Positions 30,099 through 40,139 of a DNA stretch of 64,000 nucleotides are shown here, piece after piece. Both the position numbers and the translations under genes were made by a program. Below the pieces are notes generated by a model. It had not been told where the DNA came from. It did no database searches and was given only the letters and a program-made list of their open reading frames with translations. Numbering within the stretch: the first letter of the stretch is position 1; the number at the start of each line of letters is the position of its first letter. The DNA comes from Gammaproteobacteria bacterium. GTDB lineage: Bacteria > Pseudomonadota > Gammaproteobacteria > Ga0077536. Location of the stretch: positions 32,001-96,000 of the forward strand of contig CAXXLL010000003.1 of the NCBI GenBank assembly GCA_963662545.2, written 5' to 3'.

Positions 30099-30971
30099 TT
30101 ATTTTTTTTGGAGGCGTTCTTGAAGCAACAGTACGGACACGCTCGCTACGGTTAGATCTGCGCTTGTTCCCGGGTTGACGCCCCTCGATTTAAGCTCGTC
30201 ATCGAACGCGGTGAGTACGGGTCTGAGCCGCCGGGGATTCTCGCACGCTTTCAAGGCCTTTTCCACCTCCCGCGCGCGCCGCCGCACCTCCTCCGCCACG
30301 ACCGATCCGTGCTTTCTAACGACGTGTGAATCCGGATGCAAACTCAGGAAACTCAAGTAACAAGCGCTGCAAGCCCACGCCAAAGAATGCCATCGCGCAC
30401 GGTAGCGAAACAGGTTCGGTAAGCCCGTACAAAAGACGTCCTCGAAATCTGTAACGTATTGGCGAGCGATCGTGTCCCGTGAATGGGCAAGACGCATGAC
30501 CTCCCGCAAATTCGCGTCGGGTTCTCGCGATACATCCTGCTCGGCAACCGCTCCCATCCCCGCCGGTTCAGCTAATTGGATACCGGCGTAACAGCATTTC
30601 GCATCGTCGACCGTCAGATTTTCGAGCACCTCTGCCAGGCTCGCACGAAGATCGTCGCCGCCCCTCTCCAGTACTGCGTTGGCGATTGGCGCGAGTAGAA
30701 GAACGATCCCCAGATTGGTATTGCACTCGACGGCCGCCCGCGTGGCGGCGATCGCAGTCCGAATGCGCTCGCCAACCGTGAGCAAAGGCATCGCCAACGC
30801 CGGTGCAGCCGCTTTCGCGCTGATGAGAAAATCCTGCGCCCGCATACCGTGGCCATCGGCACACAAGCTCACGTTACCGGGCTTAAAGGCCACGACGTCG
30901 AGACGGCACGCCTTCGCGAAGATGGATTCGACACGCTCCGCTAACGAACCGGCGCGGTCTTCGCCTTTCAT
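30099..30971 (-). CDS. CitG-like triphosphoribosyl-dephospho-CoA synthase family Orf7
   Basis: KPGNV, NTNLGIVLL, DSHVVRKHG, NPGTSADL. Confidence 0.88.
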   Translation of the reverse strand: MKGEDRAGSLAERVESIFAKACRLDVVAFKPGNVSLCADGHGMRAQDFLISAKAAAPALAMPLLTVGERIRTAIAATRAAVECNTNLGIVLLLAPIANAVLERGGDDLRASLAEVLENLTVDDAKCCYAGIQLAEPAGMGAVAEQDVSREPDANLREVMRLAHSRDTIARQYVTDFEDVFCTGLPNLFRYRARWHSLAWACSACYLSFLSLHPDSHVVRKHGSVVAEEVRRRAREVEKALKACENPRRLRPVLTAFDDELKSRGVNPGTSADLTVASVSVLLLQERLQKK

Positions 30972-30976
30972 GCTAA

Positions 30977-31138
30977 GGAACCTCTGAATAAGTCATGGTG
31001 CGTCTGAATTGTTCATGCAATCGTGCAGATCAAGGCACGAATCGCAGGTCATAGCGGGGGCTAGGGCTAAGGTTCGTAACGTAAGGCTCCGCGATTTCAT
31101 GGGCAAGGCAGATGGGCCATGACTTATTCAGAGGTTCC
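30977..31138. mobile_element. MITE (162 bp, non-autonomous)
   Basis: 22-bp perfect terminal inverted repeat ggaacctctgaataagtcatgg / ccatgacttattcagaggttcc; no ORF; partial copy at 4161. Confidence 0.8.
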
Positions 31139-31200
31139 CTTGCTTCCTATTCCGATTTACGAAACAGATTTCAATTCGCCCCAAGTAAGGAAATCTCGCA

Positions 31201-32130
31201 TCATTCGGAACGCCTATTCATCACGGCGACACCGCGTCTGAGGCGGGTCAGAAACGCATGACCCAGCATGGCCGTGACGTCGATGCCGGTCGCCCGTTGC
31301 AGCCCCCGCCAGGCGGGAATTCCATTGACCTCAGTCACCAGCCAGCGCCCGTCCACCGCGCGCATGAGATCGACGCCAGCGTAGTCCGCGGACACCGCCG
31401 CCGCAGCATTTTCCGCGAGTTTTACCAGCTTGTCCTGCAATGGTATGGAGCGGCAGTCTGCGCCCTGTGCGCGATTCGTGATCCAGTGATGACTGCGCCT
31501 TTCCATCGCCGCTATAGCCTCGCCATCGACGACCATCACGCGACAATCGCAGTACGGACCGTCACCGATCTCGATGAACTCCTGCAGGTAAGCGACCTCG
31601 CCCGGCAATAGATGAGTCAAGTCGTTCGGCGATTCCACGCGCCGTAAACCCTTGCCCTGTGAGCCGAACAGAGGTTTCTTCACCAAGGTTCGACCGAGCG
31701 AAAGCTGCCGGCGAACGAACTCCATTGCGCTCTCCACGGACTCGCTGACGAAAGTCACCGGTGTCGGGACGTCGTGATGCCGCAGCAGAAGGCTCGTCAT
31801 CGCCTTGTCGACAGTGCGTTCTATGGTCCGCCCGGAATTGAATACCGGAAGCCCGAGCGCGGCAAGCTGATGCAGAAAATCCAGGCGCAATACGATCTCC
31901 TCCAGGGATCCTCCCGGCACACCCCGCACGAAAGCGCCGTCCGGAAGTCGTCCGTCGAAGCCGGGGATCGATAAACCACTGGCCGACGCCTCGAGATCGA
32001 CGTGGCATTCCTTGAGCGACACAAAGGCCGCGTGCAGGCCCTGCCCCGCCAACCAGGTCTGCAAAGACGCGCCGTGCCATCCGGGTTCGTCCGTGAAAAT
32101 AACGACGTCGGGCTTGGAGTCAGCTCGCAT
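31201..32130 (-). CDS. RimK-like ATP-grasp ligase Orf5 (cofactor glutamylation)
   Basis: IERTVDKAMTS, KPLFGSQGKG, WITNRAQG, YAGVDL, EVNGIPAW; follows mch. Confidence 0.88.
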   Translation of the reverse strand: MRADSKPDVVIFTDEPGWHGASLQTWLAGQGLHAAFVSLKECHVDLEASASGLSIPGFDGRLPDGAFVRGVPGGSLEEIVLRLDFLHQLAALGLPVFNSGRTIERTVDKAMTSLLLRHHDVPTPVTFVSESVESAMEFVRRQLSLGRTLVKKPLFGSQGKGLRRVESPNDLTHLLPGEVAYLQEFIEIGDGPYCDCRVMVVDGEAIAAMERRSHHWITNRAQGADCRSIPLQDKLVKLAENAAAAVSADYAGVDLMRAVDGRWLVTEVNGIPAWRGLQRATGIDVTAMLGHAFLTRLRRGVAVMNRRSE

Positions 32131-32131
32131 A

Positions 32132-33118
32132 TCAATCGGAAAAAGACTGCTCCAGCAAGGCTTCGTGAATTTCACCGGATTCGAAAGTATGACCCGTTTC
32201 CATGCTCGTTACCGTTGCTTTGGCAGGCGAGAAGAGCATGGGATCGACTTTGTAGAAATCGTATTCGTAGTCTTTGAATACCTGCGCAAACGGTTTTCCA
32301 AAATCGCGCGACGACGCGCTCGGTAGTTGCCGCGCGAGTTCTTCCGCCTTTTCATCACTGGTATTCACGTACAAGTGCACCTGCCCGCCAAAAAGGATCG
32401 CATCGTTGGTTCGACCCATGGCCGTCATGAAATCGGGCGCCGGCGGCGGCAGCGGCGCGGCGGCCGACCCGTCGACGAAATCGTCCAACGGAAATTTAAG
32501 TTCGTGTATCTTGTGCAAAGCGACCTCGAGTACACGCGACACGATTTGCACGCCGCCCGCGAGGCTCGTTGTCGGGGTCAGGATGACGGTGAGTTGTGCG
32601 GGCGTGATACCGCAGCGTTCGACTATCTTGTCCGTGATTTCGACCGGCGGGACCTTATCGACTTCGAGAACGATCACGGTATCGCCTGGCGGCGAGCGGT
32701 ACCCGAGTTCATCGAACAGGTCTTCGCGGCTACCCATGGCCCGCGCCGGTCCCGATCCGAGCGCGAAGAACGCCGATTTGCCTTCACCGTGGCTCAGACT
32801 CCACCCGGCGTATTGCGACCCGAGACAGGCGATCACCGGGTGGCTGGCCGTCACGTCGACCTGCCATCGCCAGCGCTTGAAAGGCGCAGCGCCGGATATC
32901 ACGACCCGTCCCAGGCCACCCATGCAGATCTCGCTGATCAAACGGCCCGCCTCGAGACCGCCCGGTACGCCGATCCCGGCGTCGACCATGCAAACGCCGT
33001 TATCCAGGTGGTTGACTTGGACGCGAAAATTGGCGGCGTTCGAAACGAGTTCGCGAACGAGTGGTTGCACGCTCTCATTCACGTTGCACGCCCCATCGAG
33101 TTCAAGCTTGGACATCAC
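32132..33118 (-). CDS. mch: methenyl-H4MPT cyclohydrolase
   Basis: [49 protein letters not shown]. Confidence 0.96.
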   Translation of the reverse strand: MMSKLELDGACNVNESVQPLVRELVSNAANFRVQVNHLDNGVCMVDAGIGVPGGLEAGRLISEICMGGLGRVVISGAAPFKRWRWQVDVTASHPVIACLGSQYAGWSLSHGEGKSAFFALGSGPARAMGSREDLFDELGYRSPPGDTVIVLEVDKVPPVEITDKIVERCGITPAQLTVILTPTTSLAGGVQIVSRVLEVALHKIHELKFPLDDFVDGSAAAPLPPPAPDFMTAMGRTNDAILFGGQVHLYVNTSDEKAEELARQLPSASSRDFGKPFAQVFKDYEYDFYKVDPMLFSPAKATVTSMETGHTFESGEIHEALLEQSFSD

Positions 33119-33127
33119 CCTCCCCCA

Positions 33128-34351
33128 TCACACTTCTCTTATCTCTTTTTCACGCGGCACCACACCTTCGCGATAGGCGCCGACGAAGTCGCGGAAACTA
33201 TCGTAGAGCCCCACCAGGGTAGACATTAAAGCCCTGGCGGAGTCCGCACTCGCGTAAAGCGTACACAAGGGCGCGCCCGCACCGATCACGGTGCCCGCTG
33301 TCGGTTGGTCAGCGACGTAGTTCGGCCACGCGATCCTTGCGGGGATCGTCCACGACGTCTCAGCATAGAGCACAAGATGGCCGCAGGTCGTTGCGCGTGC
33401 GGGTCTACTATACAAGAGCTCACCAGTGGTACAAGCCGCCATGTGGGCGTTAAAGATCGCGCCCTTGTCGCTGTAGAGATCGAGGGTTGCCGTCGGCCGC
33501 GGATTGATATCGATCAGGGCGACACGGTCATCGGCGCGTTGGATGAAATCGATCCCGAAGCAACCGATCAACGCTAACTTTCGCGCCACCTCAGCGCCCA
33601 TTTCCTGAACCCTGTTCAGTAAACTATCGGGCGCCTCGATAAGGGTTCGAGCGCCTTCGTATCGAAATGATCGTGCAGGAACCCTACGCCATTGCAGGTG
33701 TGCAGAAATGCCGCATAGACGCGACCCCGAAGCGCCCGCGACGAATAGCCCCGATAGGCTCCGGCCGGGTAAATACTGCTGGAAATAGTAGCCCGTTCCG
33801 GGCGCATCCCGATCGTTGGCGAAGCGCACGTGAGCACCGCCCGTGTGTCCGGACGCCTTGACAAGCCAGACGTGGTCATCGTCAGCGCGATCGCTCAGGG
33901 TGAGCGGCATGCACGCTCCGTTATCTGCATTGAGACGACCGTAGATGGCTGGCATATCCGCCAAACTGGATATGACTTCAGGACCGTTCCCGTGGATTTG
34001 GCTACCACGCGCGATCGCCGCCACCACGTCCGCACGCGCTTCGAACCCGCTGCCTAATACAACGGGCATCGGCCCCGCTTCGCGTTGAAACACCCCGATG
34101 GCCTCGAGCAGAGATTTTTCGTCAAACCGGAAATCGGCGAGATCCGTCAACTGGATCACGCCATACGCCACCGCACGGGTATCGAGATCACCGAACGGGT
34201 CGATCACCCAGGGCAACCAACCCCCTGCGACGGCAGCATGAGCGAGCGCGCGCGCCGAGCGAGCGACGATCAGTACGCGCTTATCGATCGCGGGCGCGGC
34301 CGCTGCTCCAAGGTTCCGGAAATGATGGCGCCCCGGTTGCATGGTTCGCAT
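33128..34351 (-). CDS. ATP-grasp protein OrfY (methylofuran polyglutamate synthesis-like)
   Basis: SARALA, DPFGDLDT, GSGFE, INPRPTAT, G-PLCT; directly upstream of mch; true start probably nearer 34311. Confidence 0.8.
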   Translation of the reverse strand: MRTMQPGRHHFRNLGAAAAPAIDKRVLIVARSARALAHAAVAGGWLPWVIDPFGDLDTRAVAYGVIQLTDLADFRFDEKSLLEAIGVFQREAGPMPVVLGSGFEARADVVAAIARGSQIHGNGPEVISSLADMPAIYGRLNADNGACMPLTLSDRADDDHVWLVKASGHTGGAHVRFANDRDAPGTGYYFQQYLPGRSLSGLFVAGASGSRLCGISAHLQWRRVPARSFRYEGARTLIEAPDSLLNRVQEMGAEVARKLALIGCFGIDFIQRADDRVALIDINPRPTATLDLYSDKGAIFNAHMAACTTGELLYSRPARATTCGHLVLYAETSWTIPARIAWPNYVADQPTAGTVIGAGAPLCTLYASADSARALMSTLVGLYDSFRDFVGAYREGVVPREKEIREV

Positions 34352-35274
34352 TTAAGAAAGGCCAGGGTGCCCGCTTCGTTGAATGCAGCGTTGAGAGCAT
34401 CGACGAGCGCGGTGGCTTTGTCATCGCTTTCGGCAAACGCGAAGCCAGTCGGTCCCCAACTGCTCTGTCCAACGCCCTTTGACCCGAATTCGTGGACACA
34501 GAACTCAAGCGCCTCGCGGACACCAGCACTGGTATAACGGCCATTCTGTGCGGCCGCGAAATAATCGCCGACGATGCCCTGTATTTCCCCGACGGACGCG
34601 CCGAATGCGTCGAAATCCCGCTCCGCCACGGCTGGCAAAAGCCCCATCAAGGTCACATGGCACAGATGCCCGGCGGTTGCCGCGTCCATGGGCTTCAAGG
34701 CGTGAAACGCCTCGATTTCTGCACGACCGCTGAGTCCTGCGCGGCCCGCATCGAGAATCAGAACGGCGCGCCATTCCTCGGGAAAATCGAGTCGGGCGAC
34801 GATGGGCGGGATGGCAGTCGCCACACCGTGTCCGCCGTCGACGACGAGGCCTCCCCGTTCGAACAGACCGAGCCCGATACCCGAACGCTTGCCCCGCCCG
34901 AGGATTTGGGCGAGCTCAGCGGCCGGCGGCTTACGCCCGAATACTCGGGCCACCGCTGTCGCCGTAGCAAGTGCCAATTGAGTACCGGATCCGAGACCCG
35001 TGTGCGGGGGAATAGCCGCGTCGACGCAGACGCGAATTTCAGGGGGGAGCCGCAAGTACTCGAGCAGGGTTTCGACGAAAGGGCGCACCCGATCACTGTA
35101 TTCGCCGACGATTTCCAAGCCGGTGTGCGGCTCGGCCCTGATGATCGTCGTCAAGGGTCGAACCGATAATCCGATACCCCCGAATCGCCGGCCGAGCGTA
35201 CCGCCCAGATCCAGGAAACCAAGATGCAGTCGCGCGGGTGCTTCGATTCGCACGGTTGTTCGGGCTGAAGTCAC
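34270..35274 (-). CDS. mptG: beta-ribofuranosylaminobenzene 5'-phosphate synthase
   Basis: PARLHLGF, HTGLGSGTQLALA, RSGIG, GQSSWGPTGF (GHMP kinase fold). Confidence 0.92.
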   Translation of the reverse strand: MTSARTTVRIEAPARLHLGFLDLGGTLGRRFGGIGLSVRPLTTIIRAEPHTGLEIVGEYSDRVRPFVETLLEYLRLPPEIRVCVDAAIPPHTGLGSGTQLALATATAVARVFGRKPPAAELAQILGRGKRSGIGLGLFERGGLVVDGGHGVATAIPPIVARLDFPEEWRAVLILDAGRAGLSGRAEIEAFHALKPMDAATAGHLCHVTLMGLLPAVAERDFDAFGASVGEIQGIVGDYFAAAQNGRYTSAGVREALEFCVHEFGSKGVGQSSWGPTGFAFAESDDKATALVDALNAAFNEAGTLAFLKCEPCNRGAIISGTLEQRPRPRSISAY

Positions 35275-35450
35275 AACTCAAGTTCAGGATCGGAATTGCC
35301 GCGAAGCATTATAGTGCGCTCAGCGCAATGGGACTACGGGTGCGCTCTTTATAGAGCAGATATGGCGACTGTGGTAACGTACTCGAAGTAGAAAATCCAT
35401 GGTGGTTGCGAGCATGGATTTCGCTGTTAGCAATAATGTGAATCCTGCCT

Positions 35451-36743
35451 TTGGCAGAGAGCGAAGTCATGCCACCGAGACCCGCGTTCAACCGCAAATC
35501 TGAGACCACTGCGGCCGTCGCCGCCGTTTGCCCGTTCTGTTCGTTGCTATGCGACGATCTCGAGTTGCGGCAAACCGACGATCGAAGCTTCAAGATCACA
35601 CGCAATGGCTGCGCGCGTGCGCGCGCCGATTTCGCGCGTGCGCCCATCGTCTCCGAGCCGCTGGTCGGCGGCCAAAGCACCTCCCTCGAAAATGCGGTCG
35701 TTGCCGCTGCCCGCCTGCTAAAGCGCAGCGAGCAGCCCCTGATCGCGGGCCTCGCGACAGACGTCGACGGCATACGCGCCGCGGTCGACCTCGCCGAGCG
35801 ATGCGGCGGTATTTTGGACCATGTTCACGGTGATGTCATGAACGCCACGACCTCGGTTTTGCAGTCGCGCGGGTGGTATGCGACGACGCTTTCCGAATTG
35901 CGCAATCGCGCCGATTTCGTATTACTCGCCGGCGTCGATCTGAACGAACGCTATGAAAACCTGTCACGCCGGTGCCTGCGACCGGCAGCGAGCCTCCACC
36001 CGAAAAACCTCCGCAAGCGCCGAGTCGTATATCTGGGCGGCGCGGCGTCTGCGCCACGCGATGAATCCACCGAATGCATATCGTGTCGGGCTGAATCAAT
36101 GGCGGAAACCCTGCAAGCTTTATTGGCGACATTGAAAGGCGCGCGTCTGACCGCACGATCGATCGGCGGCGTATCGCGCAAAACACTCGGCCGGCTCGCT
36201 GACTCCATGAACGCGGCCGCCTACGCAGTCATCGTCTTTGCGCCGGCATCGCTGGGCGTTCATCGCGAGTCTGCGATAGCGGCGATCTGCGACATCGCCG
36301 ACGAACTGAACCGCGAAGGGCGCGGCGCCATCCTGAGCCTCAGTGGTGATGACGGTGGCCAGACGGCCGTGAGCACCTGTACGTGGATGACCGGCTATCC
36401 CTTACGCGTGTCCTTTGGAAAGACCCTTCACTATGACCCGGTGGCAAACAGCACAAACAAACTGATGGACTCGGGCGCGGTCGACGGTCTCGTCTGGGTC
36501 GACGCCTTTGGCCGCCATCCGGATCCGCCGGCCGGCAACGCGGCGACCGTCATCCTGAGCAGCGTGAAGACAGCGGCGGCGCAAACGGCCGCGGTTTATA
36601 TCCCGGTCGGTACCCCGGGCGTCGATCATTTCTCCCGTCTGCTGCGAACCGATTCGGTGGTGTCGCTCCCCCTGCCGGGGTTACGGCACGCAGGGCTGCC
36701 CGACGTCGCCGCCGTTCTCACTGCGATCACGAGCAGGCTTTGA
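35451..36743 (+). CDS. fhcB: formyltransferase/hydrolase complex subunit B
   Basis: CPFCSLLCDD, TTLSELRNRAD, WMTGYPLR, IPVGTPGVDH. Confidence 0.9.
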   Translation: MAESEVMPPRPAFNRKSETTAAVAAVCPFCSLLCDDLELRQTDDRSFKITRNGCARARADFARAPIVSEPLVGGQSTSLENAVVAAARLLKRSEQPLIAGLATDVDGIRAAVDLAERCGGILDHVHGDVMNATTSVLQSRGWYATTLSELRNRADFVLLAGVDLNERYENLSRRCLRPAASLHPKNLRKRRVVYLGGAASAPRDESTECISCRAESMAETLQALLATLKGARLTARSIGGVSRKTLGRLADSMNAAAYAVIVFAPASLGVHRESAIAAICDIADELNREGRGAILSLSGDDGGQTAVSTCTWMTGYPLRVSFGKTLHYDPVANSTNKLMDSGAVDGLVWVDAFGRHPDPPAGNAATVILSSVKTAAAQTAAVYIPVGTPGVDHFSRLLRTDSVVSLPLPGLRHAGLPDVAAVLTAITSRL

Positions 36744-36756
36744 GGAGACCACGCTG

Positions 36757-38421
36757 ATGCTGACACGGCTGCAAGGCGGTCGCATTGTCGACCCGATGAA
36801 TGGCATCGACGGGGAGGTCAGGGATCTCTATATCCGGGGCGGCCGGATCGTTGCGGCGCCTGCGGATCCGCGCGAAGCAGACAATGTGATCGACGTCTCC
36901 GGGCGCGTCGTGATGGCGGGCGCGATCGATTTACACACCCACATCGGCGGCGGCAAGGTCAATATCGCGCGCATGATGCTGCCCGAAGATCATGCCCGCG
37001 ACCCGGTCGCCGCCCGACGCCACCCGCATGCCGGCTGCGGACATGCGGCACCGGCCACGCGAACGGCCGGCTATCGTTACGCTGAGATGGGCTACGTCGC
37101 ATGCTTTGAGCCTGCGATGCTAGCGCTGAACGCACGGCAGGCCCATATGGAAATGGCCGATACCCCGATGATCGACAAGGGCGGCTACGTGCTCTTGGGT
37201 AACGATGACTTTTTCCTGCGCGCTTTGAAGCAGAAGCGCGACCCGAAGTTCATCCGCGACTACGTCGCCTGGACACTGTGCGCAGCACAGGCCCTGGCGA
37301 TCAAAGTGGTCAACCCCGGCGGCATCAACGCCTTCAAGTACAATCAGCGCAAGCTCGACCTGGACGAGGCCAATTCGGCTTACGGGGTGACACCACGGCA
37401 GATCCTGCTCTCGCTGTCCGCGGCCGTGAGCGACCTCGGCCTGCCCCATCCGCTGCACATTCATGGCTGCAATCTCGGCGTGCCCGGCAACCTGGCGACG
37501 ACCCTCGATACCATCCGCGCGCTCGACGGGCTGCGTGTCCACCTGACCCATATTCAATTCCACAGCTACGGCACCGAAGGCGACCATCAGTTTTCTTCGG
37601 GTGCAGCGCAGATTGCCGAAGCGGTGAATGCCAGGCCCGACATTTCACTCGATGTCGGACAAGTCATGTTCGGGCAAACAGTGACGGAATCCGGCGACAC
37701 CATGCGGCAGTTTGCCGGCAGCGCCTACGCCGATCCGAAGAAATGGGTCGGCATGGACATCGAATGCGACGCCGGCTGCGGTGTGGTGCCTTTCCGCTAC
37801 AAAAATCGTAATTTCGTCAATGCCTTACAGTGGGCCATCGGCCTGGAGTTGTTCCTGCTGGTCGACGACCCCTGGCGCATCTTCCTGACCACCGATCACC
37901 CCAATGGCGCGCCCTTTACCAGCTACCCGCACCTCATCCGCCTGCTGATGGATCGCAGCTTTCGCAACGACATGCTGGCGACTATTAATCCGGAGGCGGC
38001 CGCAGCAAGCCATCTCGGTGCCCTCGATCGCGAATACAGCCTCTACGAGATCGCGATCATGACGCGGGCGGCGCCTGCGCGATCGCTCGGACTCGACGGA
38101 TTCGGGTCGCTCGGCGTCGGCGCGCGAGCCCACGTGACCGTGTACGAGGATCACGAGAACCGCGAGACCATGTTCGCCAGGCCGGAAACCGTCCTCAAGG
38201 ACGGCAAACTCATCGTGCGCGACGGCCGCGTCGTGGAGGAAGTCTCCGGTGCGACGCATGTCGTCCACCCGGAGTACGACCCCGGCATTGAAACCGAGTT
38301 GTCACGCTACTTCGACCGCTTCATGACGATAAAAAAGGATAACGTCCGCATAGCCGACGACGAGATCCGCGATGGCGGACGCGGCGAACTGGTGGTGCAT
38401 GCAACGGCAGCAAGCACGTGA
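36757..38421 (+). CDS. fhcA: formyltransferase/hydrolase complex subunit A (amidohydrolase)
   Basis: DLHTHIGGGK, KVVNPGG, THIQFHSYG, TTDHPNG. Confidence 0.95.
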   Translation: MLTRLQGGRIVDPMNGIDGEVRDLYIRGGRIVAAPADPREADNVIDVSGRVVMAGAIDLHTHIGGGKVNIARMMLPEDHARDPVAARRHPHAGCGHAAPATRTAGYRYAEMGYVACFEPAMLALNARQAHMEMADTPMIDKGGYVLLGNDDFFLRALKQKRDPKFIRDYVAWTLCAAQALAIKVVNPGGINAFKYNQRKLDLDEANSAYGVTPRQILLSLSAAVSDLGLPHPLHIHGCNLGVPGNLATTLDTIRALDGLRVHLTHIQFHSYGTEGDHQFSSGAAQIAEAVNARPDISLDVGQVMFGQTVTESGDTMRQFAGSAYADPKKWVGMDIECDAGCGVVPFRYKNRNFVNALQWAIGLELFLLVDDPWRIFLTTDHPNGAPFTSYPHLIRLLMDRSFRNDMLATINPEAAAASHLGALDREYSLYEIAIMTRAAPARSLGLDGFGSLGVGARAHVTVYEDHENRETMFARPETVLKDGKLIVRDGRVVEEVSGATHVVHPEYDPGIETELSRYFDRFMTIKKDNVRIADDEIRDGGRGELVVHATAAST

Positions 38422-39311
38422 AGATCAATGGCGTGCTGATCGACAACACCTTTGCGGAAGCGTTTCCGATGAAGGCGACGCGCTTGATCATCACAGCGAT
38501 GAATGACACCTGGGCGAATCATGCCGCGCAGGCCTTGACCGGCTTCGCGACCTCTGTCATCGCCTGCGGTTGCGAGGCGGGTATCGAACGCCCGCTGACG
38601 CCCAGCGAAACACCGGACGGCCGCCCGGGCGTCGCGGTGCTCTTGTTCACCATGAGCAAGAAGGAACTCGGCAAGCAGATTCAAAATCGCGTGGGACAAT
38701 GTGTATTGACGTCCCCGACGAGCGCCTGTTTTGCAGGATTCGATGAAGGCGAACCCATTGATCTCGGCAAGCAGTTGAGATTTTTCGGCGACGGCTACCA
38801 GATCTCCAAAAAGCTCGGTACGCGACGCTACTGGCGAATACCGGTCATGGATGGCGAGTTTCTGTGCGAGGAAATGACCCGTTTCACCAAAGGCATTGGC
38901 GGCGGCAATTTCCTCATGCTCGCGCGTGACCAGGCCGCCGCCCTGGCCGCATCCGAGCGGGCCGTAGCGGCGATGCAGAAAATACGCGGGGTCATCATGC
39001 CCTTCCCCGGCGGCGTGGTGCGTTCGGGCTCGAAAGTCGGGTCGAAGTACAAGGCGCTGCTGGCGTCGACGAATCATCCCTTCTGCCCCACCCTGAGAGG
39101 CGCCGTCAGCAGCGCATTGACGCCGGATATCGGCGCCGTGCTCGAGATCGTCATCGACGGGCTCGACGTGGCGTCGATCGAGGAAGCAACCCGGGTCGGT
39201 ATCCGCGCCGCATGCCGTGGCCGCGGGCACGGTCTGATCCGCATCAGCGCGGGCAATTACGGGGGCAGCCTCGGGCCCTATCATTTCCACTTGCGAAAGA
39301 TCCTGCGATGA
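38418..39311 (+). CDS. fhcD: formylmethanofuran--H4MPT formyltransferase
   Basis: DNTFAEAF, TSVIACGCEAG, TPDGRPG, RSGSKVGS, SAGNYGG. Confidence 0.95.
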   Translation: MKINGVLIDNTFAEAFPMKATRLIITAMNDTWANHAAQALTGFATSVIACGCEAGIERPLTPSETPDGRPGVAVLLFTMSKKELGKQIQNRVGQCVLTSPTSACFAGFDEGEPIDLGKQLRFFGDGYQISKKLGTRRYWRIPVMDGEFLCEEMTRFTKGIGGGNFLMLARDQAAALAASERAVAAMQKIRGVIMPFPGGVVRSGSKVGSKYKALLASTNHPFCPTLRGAVSSALTPDIGAVLEIVIDGLDVASIEEATRVGIRAACRGRGHGLIRISAGNYGGSLGPYHFHLRKILR

Positions 39312-40129
39312 GCGCACTGATCTTCGAGTTGCTCGACCCACCGGGGCGCAGTCTCGACCTCGCGGGCTTGAATCCCGCCAGCCTCGCCGGAAAATCGCTC
39401 GATGCAATCCGCCGGCTGCGCCTCCCGTATGGCCGCCGGCGGAAAGCACTGGGTGATCTTTTCAAGGTATCGGGGGACGCATCTTCCGAACTCAGCATCC
39501 TCGGCGTCAACCGGCACTGCCACCAGATCGGCCGGGGCATGGCTGACGGCATACTCGTCGTCCGCGGCCATGCCGGCGACGGTCTCGGGCGCGAAATGAG
39601 CGGCGGTCAGATACGTGCGAAAGGCAACGCCGGCGACGGCGTCGGCGCCGGCATGACGGGCGGTAGCATCACACTCACCGGATCTGTCGGCGACCGCGCG
39701 GGTGGTCTCGTTCCCGGTGCGACCCGCGGCATGAACGAAGGCATGATCCGGATTGGAAAATCTGCCGGCGCGAGGACGGGTGAACGCATGCGGCGGGGCT
39801 TTATTGTCATTGCGGGCGATGCGGGAGCGCACACCGGCGAGCGTATGATCGCCGGCACCATCGTCGTACTCGGCCAGTGCGGTGTCCACCCTGGTATTGG
39901 CATGCGCCGCGGCACGCTGCTGCTCGCCAAAGCGCCCACCTCGATGACACCGACGTTCAACGACTGCGGTGAATTCGAACTCGCGATCATCGCGATCCTA
40001 AAGAACTACATCGCCTCTCATGACCGCCGTCTAAAGCGCAGGCTCGAAATCTTCACCCGTGCGCGCCGCTGGTGCGGTGACATGTCATACGGCGGCAAGG
40101 GCGAAATCTTCATTGCGAGCGAGAACTGA
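39308..40129 (+). CDS. fhcC: formyltransferase/hydrolase complex subunit C
   Basis: GXGXG beta-helix repeats, RMRRG, MIAGT; ATG overlaps the fhcD stop. Confidence 0.92.
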   Translation: MSALIFELLDPPGRSLDLAGLNPASLAGKSLDAIRRLRLPYGRRRKALGDLFKVSGDASSELSILGVNRHCHQIGRGMADGILVVRGHAGDGLGREMSGGQIRAKGNAGDGVGAGMTGGSITLTGSVGDRAGGLVPGATRGMNEGMIRIGKSAGARTGERMRRGFIVIAGDAGAHTGERMIAGTIVVLGQCGVHPGIGMRRGTLLLAKAPTSMTPTFNDCGEFELAIIAILKNYIASHDRRLKRRLEIFTRARRWCGDMSYGGKGEIFIASEN

Positions 40130-40139
40130 GAGCGGATCC

